From: a virus
Length of the DNA stretch: 15,162 bases
Strand: one strand, 5' to 3'
UHGV virus genome: UHGV-0253784
Under the pieces are notes generated by a model. The model ran no database searches and was not told the DNA's origin. It saw only the letters and a list, made by a program, of their open reading frames with translations. The position numbers and the translations under genes were made by a program. This document shows positions 6,841 to 15,162 of this stretch, piece by piece (within the stretch, counting starts at the first letter, position 1; the number at the start of each line of letters is the position of its first letter).

Positions 6841-9198
6841 ATGCCACTAATTACTCAATCAATCAAAAATCTTAAAGGTGGCATTAGCCAGCAGCCTGAT
6901 ATACTGAGGTTCTCAGACCAAGGCGAGGCACAGGTTAACTGCTGGTCATCCGAGAGTGATGGCCTCCAGAAGAGACCACCTACAGTCTTCAAGCGACGTC
7001 TTAACATCGACGTTGGGAGTAACCCTAAGTTCCACCTGATTAACCGTGACGAGCATGAGCAGTATTACATCGTGTTCAATGGGTCAAACATTCAGGTAGT
7101 TGACTTGAGTGGTAATCAATACTTAGTGTCAGGTGAGGTAGACTACGTTAAGTCCTCCAACCCACGAGATGACATCCGTGTCGTTACCGTGGCAGACTAT
7201 ACGTTCGTCGTTAACCGTAAGGTTGTCGTCAGAGGTGGAAACGAGAAGTCACACTCTGGTTATAACCGCAAAGCACGAGCTTTAATTAACCTGCGTGGTG
7301 GACAGTACGGTCGAACCCTTAAGGTGGGAATCAACGGTGGCGTTAAGGTCTCGCATAAGCTACCAGCAGGTAATGATGCCGAGAATGACCCGCCTAAGGT
7401 GGACGCTCAAGCCATTGGTGCAGCTCTGAGAGACCTTCTTGTTCAGGCCTATCCTGACTTCACGTTCGACCTTGGGTCTGGATTCCTGCTAATCACAGCT
7501 CCTTCAGGGACTGACATTAACTCAGTTGAGACGGAGGATGGCTACGCTAACCAGCTAATAAGCCCAGTCCTAGACACTGTGCAGACAATCTCTAAACTAC
7601 CTCTTGCAGCTCCTAATGGGTATATCATTAAGATTCAAGGTGAGACAAACAGTAGCGCCGATGAATACTACGTGATGTATGACTCCAACACTAAGACGTG
7701 GAAGGAGACAGTGGAGCCGGGAGCTGTTACTGGGTTCGATGTCGCCACAATGCCACATGCTCTGGTCAGACAGTCTGATGGCTCCTTTGAGTTCAAGACT
7801 CTGGATTGGTCCAAGCGTGGTGCTGGTAACGATGACACAAACCCTATGCCTAGCTTCGTGGATTCTACGATTAACGATGTGTTCTTCTACAGGAACAGGC
7901 TAGGGTTCTTGTCAGGCGAGAACGTAATCATGAGCCGTTCAGCCAGCTACTTTGCGTTCTTCCCTAAGAGTGTGGCTACACTGAGTGATGATGATCCTAT
8001 TGATGTAGCTGTAAGTAACCCTCGTATCTCAATCCTTAAGTATGCCGTTCCGTTTAGCGAGCAGCTACTACTTTGGTCGGATGAGGTTCAGTTCGTGATG
8101 ACAAGCTCTGGGGTACTTACCTCGAAGTCTATCCAGCTTGATGTAGGCTCAGAGTTTGCCTTAGGTGATAATGCCAGACCGTTCGCTGTAGGACGCTCCG
8201 TCTTCTTCTCAGCTCCTCGTGGGTCATTCACCAGCATTAAGCGATACTTCGCTGTAGCTGATGTGTCTGATGTGAAGGATGCCGATGATACAACTGGTCA
8301 CGTACTGTCCTACATCCCTAACGGGGTGTTTGATGTTCAAGGTACAGGTACTGAGAACTACATCTGCGTCAACTCTACAGGTGCATACAACCGAATCTAC
8401 ATCTACAAGTTCTTGTTTAAGGACGGCGTACAGCTTCAAGCCTCTTGGTCACACTGGGAGTTCCCTAAAGATGATAAGATTCTGGCGTCTGCTTCTATTG
8501 GCTCTACCATGTTCATTGTTCGTCAGCACCAAGGCGGCGTTGACCTTGAGCACCTTAAGTTCATCAAGGAGGCAACTGACTTCCAGTCAGAGCCATATAG
8601 ACTGCACATTGACTCCAAGGTGTCTATGGTAATTCCAATTGGCTCATATAATGCTGACACCTATAAGACTACGGTTGACATTGGTGCTGCTTATGGTGGC
8701 AACGCTCCGTCTCCCGGTCGGTACTATCTGATTGACAGTCAGGGTGCTTATGTGGACCTTGGGGACTTGACCAGTATCTCTACTGTGGTTATCCTCAACG
8801 GCGATTGGTCAGGACGCACAGTGTTCATCGGACGGTCTTATCTGATGTCCTACAAGTTTTCACGGTTCCTGATTAAGATTGAAGACGATAGTGGTACTCA
8901 GTCTGAAGACACGGGTCGTCTACAGCTTCGTCGGGCTTGGGTAAACTACAAAGACACTGGCGCTCTGAGACTCATTGTCAGAAATGGTGAGCGGGAGTTC
9001 GTGAACACCTTTAACGGGTACACCCTTGGTCAGCAAACCATCGGGACTACAAACGTCGGTGACGGGCAGTATCGCTTCGCTATGAATGGTAACGCATTAA
9101 CCACGAGTCTAACCTTAGAGTCCGACTATCCTACCCCAGTGTCAATCGTTGGGTGTGGCTGGGAGGCGTCATACGCTAAGAAAGCTCGTTCCGTCTAA
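6841..9198 (+). CDS. Tail tubular protein B, gp12-like (785 aa)
   Basis: N-terminus MPLITQSIKNLKGGISQQPDILR is nearly identical to T7 gp12 as recalled, with many downstream blocks (HLINRDEHEQYY, FRNRLGFLSGEN, LKYAVPFSE, GRLQLRRAWVNY, IGCGWE). Confidence 0.95.
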   Translation: MPLITQSIKNLKGGISQQPDILRFSDQGEAQVNCWSSESDGLQKRPPTVFKRRLNIDVGSNPKFHLINRDEHEQYYIVFNGSNIQVVDLSGNQYLVSGEVDYVKSSNPRDDIRVVTVADYTFVVNRKVVVRGGNEKSHSGYNRKARALINLRGGQYGRTLKVGINGGVKVSHKLPAGNDAENDPPKVDAQAIGAALRDLLVQAYPDFTFDLGSGFLLITAPSGTDINSVETEDGYANQLISPVLDTVQTISKLPLAAPNGYIIKIQGETNSSADEYYVMYDSNTKTWKETVEPGAVTGFDVATMPHALVRQSDGSFEFKTLDWSKRGAGNDDTNPMPSFVDSTINDVFFYRNRLGFLSGENVIMSRSASYFAFFPKSVATLSDDDPIDVAVSNPRISILKYAVPFSEQLLLWSDEVQFVMTSSGVLTSKSIQLDVGSEFALGDNARPFAVGRSVFFSAPRGSFTSIKRYFAVADVSDVKDADDTTGHVLSYIPNGVFDVQGTGTENYICVNSTGAYNRIYIYKFLFKDGVQLQASWSHWEFPKDDKILASASIGSTMFIVRQHQGGVDLEHLKFIKEATDFQSEPYRLHIDSKVSMVIPIGSYNADTYKTTVDIGAAYGGNAPSPGRYYLIDSQGAYVDLGDLTSISTVVILNGDWSGRTVFIGRSYLMSYKFSRFLIKIEDDSGTQSEDTGRLQLRRAWVNYKDTGALRLIVRNGEREFVNTFNGYTLGQQTIGTTNVGDGQYRFAMNGNALTTSLTLESDYPTPVSIVGCGWEASYAKKARSV

Positions 9199-9205
9199 CT
9201 TATTG

Positions 9206-9255
9206 AAGGGCCTATAGATTTACCTTAACTATCACTATAGGGACTATAGGCCCTT
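9206..9255 (+). repeat. Perfect 12-bp inverted repeat bracketing the phi13-like promoter
   Basis: AAGGGCCTATAG (9206-9217) and its exact reverse complement CTATAGGCCCTT (9244-9255), with a 26-nt spacer holding the promoter core. Verified base by base. Confidence 0.6.
9223..9245 (+). promoter_or_regulatory. Phage RNA polymerase promoter, phi13-like position (+1 G at 9240)
   Basis: CCTTAACTATCACTATAGGGACT; shares the -12 to +4 core with the other promoters. Upstream of the gene 13-position ORF. Confidence 0.8.
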
Positions 9256-9274
9256 AAGGTTATAAGGAGACTTT

Positions 9275-9751
9275 ATGTATATTCGCAAGGCTACGGAACC
9301 GGATGTCCACTACTTTCTGTGGCATCTTTCAGCAGATGATGTTAATGAGTGCAAAGCAAACTATGGGTCAACCGTTGGTCTCTCTGAAAGACTGCTTAAG
9401 CACCTATCTCCGTCATCTGTGGTTTTAACGAACGGTGTAGGCGAAGTGTTTGCCTATGGTGGAAACCAAGGGGATAACGTATGGTTCTTGACTTCTGGTC
9501 TGGTCCACAAGCTGAGACCTAAAGAGAAGCGAGAGTTCATAAAGCGTATCTCTGAGTACAGGGACTTAATGTTAGACCAATACGGGACCATCTGGAACTA
9601 CGTGTGGTCAGGCAATAAGTCTCACATTAAATTCTTGAAGTTGCTTGGCGCTAAATTCCATGATGATTGGACTGTAAGCCCAGTAACTGGTGAGCGTTTT
9701 CAACTATTCACTATCTCTAAGGAGGACGTATGTGCGAGCCAATTAGCATAG
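9275..9751 (+). CDS. gp13-position internal virion/assembly protein (158 aa)
   Basis: Shine-Dalgarno AAGGAGA upstream. First gene after the phi13-like promoter and directly before gp14. Assignment by synteny; I did not recognise the sequence. Confidence 0.6.
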   Translation: MYIRKATEPDVHYFLWHLSADDVNECKANYGSTVGLSERLLKHLSPSSVVLTNGVGEVFAYGGNQGDNVWFLTSGLVHKLRPKEKREFIKRISEYRDLMLDQYGTIWNYVWSGNKSHIKFLKLLGAKFHDDWTVSPVTGERFQLFTISKEDVCASQLA

Positions 9752-10317
9752 GCATGGGTGTACTGTCTGTAGCCGGGGCCACTATGTCCGCCTCCCAACA
9801 GGCAAAGGCCGAAGGTGCAGCAATTGACGCTCAGAACCGACAGGCTCAGGAAATGGTTAAGCAGATGAACTACTCTGACGCCAACCTGAGAATGCAGGAG
9901 CGAGACCTGAAGGAGCAGCAGATGGCTGAACTGACAGAGACCACGCTTAACGGTATACGCAATCAGGGCATGGTCAGAGCTGCAGTGGCTGAGTCCGGTC
10001 TGGAAGGTAACTCTATGGACAGGATTGAACGTCAGGTCAAAGGAGATACAGTCAAAGAGCGAGCAGGGATTACCGAAAGTTACAACCGCGATTATGCGGC
10101 TATCTTCGGGAACCGTATCGCCAACATTGAGAACACAAAGTCTGCTATCCGTGGTCAAGGTAGAATCATCAAGACCAGCCCACTGGCTCATGCACTTAAT
10201 GTTGCAAGCGCCGGGATGCAGGGGTACGCTGCTGGTAAGTCAATCTCTGGGGCATCAAGCTCTAGTGGTGCTGCACCAATTAGTGCTGCTAAAGGCACAC
10301 CTACAGGTCATAGCTAA
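9730..10317 (+). CDS. Internal virion protein B, gp14-like (195 aa)
   Basis: Met-Cys start as in T7 gp14, with shared blocks (EGxSMDRIxR, YxRDYxAIF, AAKGTxTG). AAGGAGGA upstream. Overlaps the gp13 3' end by 22 nt. Confidence 0.9.
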   Translation: MCEPISIGMGVLSVAGATMSASQQAKAEGAAIDAQNRQAQEMVKQMNYSDANLRMQERDLKEQQMAELTETTLNGIRNQGMVRAAVAESGLEGNSMDRIERQVKGDTVKERAGITESYNRDYAAIFGNRIANIENTKSAIRGQGRIIKTSPLAHALNVASAGMQGYAAGKSISGASSSSGAAPISAAKGTPTGHS

Positions 10318-10328
10318 GAGGAGGACTA

Positions 10329-12611
10329 ATGGCTAGTAATATTGAATCAGCTCTGGCTAATCGGACTATGGGTCGTGGAAGAGCGCCGGGTAAAGCTATC
10401 GCCGTAAACTATCAAGCAGCAAGCGTTCAGGCTCCGACTGGTGACTCCGGTCTAGCTCGTGCGCTAACCAACTTCGTTGAGTCTGGGACAGGATTGTACA
10501 AGCAGTTCAAGGACGAGGAGAAGACCAGAGCTGACGAGAGGTCTAACGAGATTATCCGTAAGCTGACACCTCAGCAAAGACGTGAGGCTATCCAGAACGG
10601 CACATTGCTGTATCAGGACGACCCTTACGCTATGGAAGCGCTTCGAGTCAAGACTGGTCGTAATGCTGCCTTTGCGGTGGATGACGAGATTAACGTTAAG
10701 ATTCAGAACGGTGAGTTCCGCACACGTCAGGACATGGAAGAGTATCGCCACCAGCGACTTCAGGACGCCGCTAAGTCCTATGCTGAAGAGGCAGGTATTA
10801 ACCCTACAGATGAGTTCTTCCAGCGCGGGTTCAACGATAACATCACAGACCGCAACATAGCTATCTATGGGTCTTTCAATAAGTATTTCAGCAAGCAGTC
10901 TGAAGAGACAGCAATGTTGAACACTCGTATTGAAATGAACTCGTTCCTTAACGATGGGGACCTGATGCGCTCGCCTGAGTCTGGAAAGACCTTCATGGCC
11001 TACCTTCGGGATGGACTAACGACTGCTGCTATCCCTTCGGACCAGCGAGCACGAGAGGTCATCACCCAGACGGTACGTGACGCAATCCAGAAGTCAGGAG
11101 GCTCAAACTTCCTACAGCAAGTCCGTGGCGAGCGTATCACCCTTAATGGCGTTGACGCTACCATCGAAGAGATTGTAGGACCTGACGTCTTCAATGCCGC
11201 TATGGTTGAGGCCCAAGGTACTGAGTATAAACTGGTGGCTAAGTATCAGGAAGACTTGGCGTTAGGAGTTCAGTCTGCAATTCTTCAAGATGACCCAACC
11301 ATTGGTCTTGCCCAGATTCAGAAACTCAAGGAGCAGAACAACCTGCTTCAGCCTGGTGAAGAACTAACGCCTCAGCGTCAGATGCTCATTAATGCCGAAG
11401 CCAGCTTACTGGAAGCGGTAAAGCGTAAGTCTGCTGAACAGGCGAAGGAGAACAAGAAGTTAATCCAGACCCAGAACAAGCAACTGGTCATAGACCAAGT
11501 GTATCAGCGACGTCTGGCTGGGGACAACGTGTCCACCAACTATGAGGACCTTCCGGTCTCATACGCTACAGGCGAGTTCAAACGTTCGGACATGAACAAC
11601 TATGCGGCTGCCAAGCTGCAGCAGATTGACCAGATGGACATCCCTGAGGCTGCTAAAGATGCTCAGAAGGTTGCACTGTTAAGAGCTGACACTAACAACG
11701 GTCCGTTCCGTAATGCCTTCCAGACTCTTACTCAGGATGCTGCTGGTGAGTGGCAGGCTGCGGTCATCCGTGGACAGTACGACACAGACAAGATGCAACG
11801 CTTCGAGTCTCTTCGTCGTGCCTACACTCAGGACCCTTCAAGTTTTGCTGCTCTGTATCCTGACCAAGCTCAGTTGTTCTCTACGTTCGACCAGATGGAC
11901 AAGATGGGTCTGGACCCTCAGACGATGATTGAAGCTGATAAGCAAGCTGCAAGTCAAAGCCGTGAGATGCGCATGGAGTCAGACAAGGCGTGGCAGGAGT
12001 TGAAGAACGACTCTAAGAACACCCAGCTGTCTCGCCTCCCAACGTCTCTGGACTCAAGTGCTCGTAAGGTCTGGGACTCATGGTACTATCGTACAGGTAA
12101 CGCTGACGCTGCAACTCAGCAGACTCAACGCTGGCTGAATGAGAACACCGTAACGTTCCAGTCTGAAGGTTCTGACGGTAAGTCAATCGGCATGGTGTCG
12201 AAGCACCAGCTTATGGTCGGGGATAACCCAGAGTCGTGGCAGGTGGGTCGAGACATTATAGACACCGCTCGTCAGCAGCTCATTAAGGCCAACCCTTGGG
12301 TAGTGAACTCTCAGTTGTCCGTTGTTGAACAGAACGGCTCTATCTTCCTCCAAGACGCTACGGGGACTATTCGTATTCGATACGATAAAGAACTTGTAGG
12401 TAAACTCTACCGCGAACAACAGCAGAAGGCACAAGATGCCGCATATGCTCAGGCAGAACGTGATGCTAACAAGCGCGCGCGTATCGTCGGGACTAAAGCT
12501 GCTGGTGACAAACGTCGAGCTGACCGAGAGGCCAACATCGAGAAGCGCGGTGGGATGTACAATGACGTCTCACTGGAGGGTATCGCAAACGTACTAATCG
12601 GTAAGGAGTAA
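10329..12611 (+). CDS. Internal virion protein C, gp15-like (760 aa)
   Basis: Strong match to T7 gp15 as recalled (IESAL, ADERSNEIIRKLTPxQRREA, NGTLLYQDDPYAMEALRVKTGRNAA, EEYRH). GAGGAGGA upstream. Confidence 0.95.
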   Translation: MASNIESALANRTMGRGRAPGKAIAVNYQAASVQAPTGDSGLARALTNFVESGTGLYKQFKDEEKTRADERSNEIIRKLTPQQRREAIQNGTLLYQDDPYAMEALRVKTGRNAAFAVDDEINVKIQNGEFRTRQDMEEYRHQRLQDAAKSYAEEAGINPTDEFFQRGFNDNITDRNIAIYGSFNKYFSKQSEETAMLNTRIEMNSFLNDGDLMRSPESGKTFMAYLRDGLTTAAIPSDQRAREVITQTVRDAIQKSGGSNFLQQVRGERITLNGVDATIEEIVGPDVFNAAMVEAQGTEYKLVAKYQEDLALGVQSAILQDDPTIGLAQIQKLKEQNNLLQPGEELTPQRQMLINAEASLLEAVKRKSAEQAKENKKLIQTQNKQLVIDQVYQRRLAGDNVSTNYEDLPVSYATGEFKRSDMNNYAAAKLQQIDQMDIPEAAKDAQKVALLRADTNNGPFRNAFQTLTQDAAGEWQAAVIRGQYDTDKMQRFESLRRAYTQDPSSFAALYPDQAQLFSTFDQMDKMGLDPQTMIEADKQAASQSREMRMESDKAWQELKNDSKNTQLSRLPTSLDSSARKVWDSWYYRTGNADAATQQTQRWLNENTVTFQSEGSDGKSIGMVSKHQLMVGDNPESWQVGRDIIDTARQQLIKANPWVVNSQLSVVEQNGSIFLQDATGTIRIRYDKELVGKLYREQQQKAQDAAYAQAERDANKRARIVGTKAAGDKRRADREANIEKRGGMYNDVSLEGIANVLIGKE

Positions 12612-12613
12612 AC

Positions 12614-13063
12614 ATGAAGAACGGGACAGCCAGTGAGAGACTGGCAGAACTGTCAGTAGCTGAAGAGTCTGGCTGTATCCGATTCACAGGCCACTTAGAC
12701 GGAGAAGGATACGGAAGGATAATGGTAGCTAGGGTTAAGTATATGGCACATCGTCTCTCCTACTCCCTAAATAATGGGCCAATACCAGATGGTTATGTTG
12801 TTAGGCATAAATGTGATAACCCATCATGCATAAATCCTGAACACCTTGAAGTAGGAACGCAGGCTGACAACATTGCAGATAAGGTTTCCAGAGGCCGACA
12901 GGCAAGAGGTAGTGGAGTAGGCAGAGCTATACTGACAGAGGAATCTGTTAGAGAAATACGCTCCAGCCCATTAAAAGTATCTGAGCTTTCCACCTTATAC
13001 GGGGTAAGCGTCGTTTCCATACGAAATATATTAAGGAGAAAGACATGGCAACACGTGGTGTAA
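12614..13063 (+). CDS. HNH-family homing-endonuclease-like protein (149 aa), inserted between genes 15 and 16
   Basis: HNH motif HKCDNPSCINPEHLEVGTQADN and a helix-turn-helix-like tail; paralogue of ORF 1705..2121. Visibly enriched in AGA, AGG and ATA codons compared with the neighbouring structural genes. Overlaps the gp16 start by 19 nt. Confidence 0.85.
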   Translation: MKNGTASERLAELSVAEESGCIRFTGHLDGEGYGRIMVARVKYMAHRLSYSLNNGPIPDGYVVRHKCDNPSCINPEHLEVGTQADNIADKVSRGRQARGSGVGRAILTEESVREIRSSPLKVSELSTLYGVSVVSIRNILRRKTWQHVV

Positions 13064-15162
13064 GGAATGCAAATCCGGGCAATATCCGTAAGTCCAAAGA
13101 CCAGTGGGAAGGTGCTATAGGCGATGATGGTGCATTCGTTATCTTCGACAGTCCTGAATCTGGGGTCCGAGCATTAGCGAAAAACCTTCAAAGCTACGGT
13201 CGCCAAGGTTATGACTCTATCGAGAAGATTATCAACCGATGGGCACCTCCTAACGAGAACGACACTAAGTCCTACATCGACTCGGTGGTGGCTGCGACTG
13301 GCATCCCTGCTACCCAGAGTCTAGACCTCTCTGACCCGGACACCCTGTCTTCTCTGGCACAAGCTATCAGCTTCCATGAGACAGGCTCCCGGTACGACCC
13401 TGAAGTCTACCAACAGGGAGTCGCAAGAGCACTCAACGGTATCAGCCCAAAGACTCCACCAGTAAGCGCTAACGTATTTGACGCACTCACGGAAGGACTC
13501 AAGTCTAAACCTAAAGTAGCTCTTGGTGAGAACCTTCCGACCGCTGCTGGTCTGAACATTGAGGGTCAAGCACCTGAAGCTCCTAACGAATCGTTCGGTG
13601 AGATGTTCTATAAGGCTACTGGAGAGACCATGCAGGAGCGAGAGGATCGCTCTACGTGGTTCGGTTTCGGTTCTGCTGCAGAAGCTGAAGTGAAGAACTC
13701 TATGGTCGGCGTGGCTATCCGAGCTGGCCAGACTGAGGACTCACTGGATGTCATTGGCGATGTGTTCAACCCAACCCGATGGAACAACCATAAGTGGTCT
13801 CGTGAGGAGCTTGACCAGATTCGTAACGCTGGGGTTCTGCCTCAGTATTACGGAGTCATTACTGGTGGCTCCCCTCAGAACCTGACCGAGCTTATTAACT
13901 TGGCGCTTGAGAACCAGAAGTTGGACCAAGAGAAGGCCAAGGCTGGGACTGGCGCTCAACTGGCGGCTGGTGTGATTGGTGCTGGCGTGGACCCTCTGAC
14001 TTACGTTCCTATTGCTGGGCAGGTAGGTAAAGGTGGGAAGCTAGTCAACAAGATGTTCACTGTGGCTGCTCAGTCTGGTGCTCTGGCTGGGGCATCAGAG
14101 ATTGCTCGAACCTCAGTTGCTGGTGGGGACGCTCATGTGGCTGAGGCAATTATGGGCGGTGCTCTCTTCGGCGGGGGAATGACAGCTATCGGGGACGCTA
14201 TCGGTAAGGCCTTAGGCAAGTCAACCAACGAGTTCGCTGGGCCAGCCACACGTCTGGAAGCCCGTGAGACTGCACGTAATGTTGATGGTCATGATCTGTC
14301 GCGTATGCCAATCCGTGAAGGAGAGGAGACCTTTAGTCACCAAGGCGTTAAGTTCGCTGACGTGCCGAATGAGCCGGGTAGTGTACGATTAGAAGATGGT
14401 TCAATCCTGATTGGTGAGAACCCTCTGAACCCTAAGACACGTAAAGTCTTTGACGAAGTGATTGAGCCTGAACGTGCCGCTGCTGGTGTGAACCTTGGTG
14501 GGCTGACTGAGATTGGCCTGAAGCTGCTTCGGTCCGAGAACCCTGAGATTCGTGGAGTCGCTGCTGACTTAGTGCGTTCACCAACTGGTATGCAGTCCGG
14601 TGCCTCAGGTAAAATCGGGACCACTGCGTCAGACGTATTCGAGAGACTTCGTGCTGTGGACCATCGGTTCTACAACGACATCGACGATGCGGTTACTGAG
14701 GCACTCAAGGATCCGTACTTCCAGACAGCATTCTGGCGAGACTCTGGCGCATTCCGTCAGGACATCTACCAGCGTGTGTCTATGGCTATCGAAGATGGTA
14801 GTGGGAACCTGAAGGCTGAACTGACTCCGGGAGAACTGAAAGTCTATGACCTACTGAAGAACCAGTTCGACGCCAAGCGTGAGATGATGGAGAACCCAGC
14901 GATGTTTGGTCGTCCAGACGCTCAGTCTATCTTTCCGGGTAGCCGCTTCAAGGGAACCTACGTCCCGCATGTGTATAGCAAACAGATGAAGGAGCTGTAC
15001 ATCAAGGAGCTTGGAAGTCCAGAGGCACTACAGGAGGCCATCAAGAAGTCATGGTTGACCAGCTATGCGTCTCGACATGAGGTCAAGAAACGTGTGGACG
15101 AGGCACTATTAGAGGCTGACCCTACGTTGACTCCAGAAGGACTTGCGGCTGCGGTCGATAAG
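13045..15162 (+). CDS. Internal virion protein D, gp16-like, 3' truncated by the window edge (706 codons present)
   Basis: ATG 13045 with AAGGAG 6 nt upstream. Frame open to the last base of the window. From about residue 200 it matches T7 gp16 as recalled (STWFGF, PTRWN, GAGVDPLTYVP, RLEARETARN, LVRSPTGMQSGASGK, ENPAMFG, KGTYVPHVY). The N-terminal ~120 aa do not resemble the T7 gp16 transglycosylase module. Confidence 0.9.
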   Translation, partial: MATRGVRNANPGNIRKSKDQWEGAIGDDGAFVIFDSPESGVRALAKNLQSYGRQGYDSIEKIINRWAPPNENDTKSYIDSVVAATGIPATQSLDLSDPDTLSSLAQAISFHETGSRYDPEVYQQGVARALNGISPKTPPVSANVFDALTEGLKSKPKVALGENLPTAAGLNIEGQAPEAPNESFGEMFYKATGETMQEREDRSTWFGFGSAAEAEVKNSMVGVAIRAGQTEDSLDVIGDVFNPTRWNNHKWSREELDQIRNAGVLPQYYGVITGGSPQNLTELINLALENQKLDQEKAKAGTGAQLAAGVIGAGVDPLTYVPIAGQVGKGGKLVNKMFTVAAQSGALAGASEIARTSVAGGDAHVAEAIMGGALFGGGMTAIGDAIGKALGKSTNEFAGPATRLEARETARNVDGHDLSRMPIREGEETFSHQGVKFADVPNEPGSVRLEDGSILIGENPLNPKTRKVFDEVIEPERAAAGVNLGGLTEIGLKLLRSENPEIRGVAADLVRSPTGMQSGASGKIGTTASDVFERLRAVDHRFYNDIDDAVTEALKDPYFQTAFWRDSGAFRQDIYQRVSMAIEDGSGNLKAELTPGELKVYDLLKNQFDAKREMMENPAMFGRPDAQSIFPGSRFKGTYVPHVYSKQMKELYIKELGSPEALQEAIKKSWLTSYASRHEVKKRVDEALLEADPTLTPEGLAAAVDK

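Noticed and set aside
463-9245. The repeated 17-20 nt motif CTAAACTATCACTATAGG as a possible CRISPR array or transposon terminal repeat
   Set aside because: The four copies are about 1-5 kb apart, all in one orientation, each directly upstream of a gene and matching the T7 promoter core; they are promoters.
9754-10317. Later start for gp14 at ATG 9754, which would remove the overlap with gp13
   Set aside because: No Shine-Dalgarno before 9754, whereas ATG 9730 has AAGGAGGA and gives the Met-Cys N-terminus typical of T7 gp14.
1-15162. Prophage boundaries, integrase, att sites or tRNA genes
   Set aside because: None seen. The window is gene-dense virion-gene sequence of a virulent T7-like phage with no host-like DNA.

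Overview
This window reads as the late (class III) structural-gene region of a T7-like podophage (Autographiviridae), all on the + strand, in the conserved T7 order from the end of gene 6 into gene 16. Reading the ORF translations against what I recall of T7 proteins, I can place gp6.7, gp7.3, portal gp8, scaffold gp9, capsid gp10A, tail tubular gp11 and gp12, and internal virion proteins gp14, gp15 and gp16 (3' truncated); gp6.5, gp7 and gp13 are assigned by position only. Four phage-RNA-polymerase promoters sharing the core CTAAACTATCACTATAGG sit at the T7 phi6.5, phi9, phi10 and phi13 positions, and a Tphi-like terminator follows the capsid gene. The GGUUUUC slip site and an open -1 frame for a 10B minor capsid protein are present. 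Three things depart from the T7 layout as I remember it: a second HNH endonuclease between genes 15 and 16, a small DUF3850/ASCH-like gene between genes 11 and 12, and an unfamiliar N-terminal module on gp16 where T7 has its transglycosylase domain. I see no tRNA, rRNA, CRISPR array or integrase. All homology statements are from reading the sequence and from memory; no searches were run.
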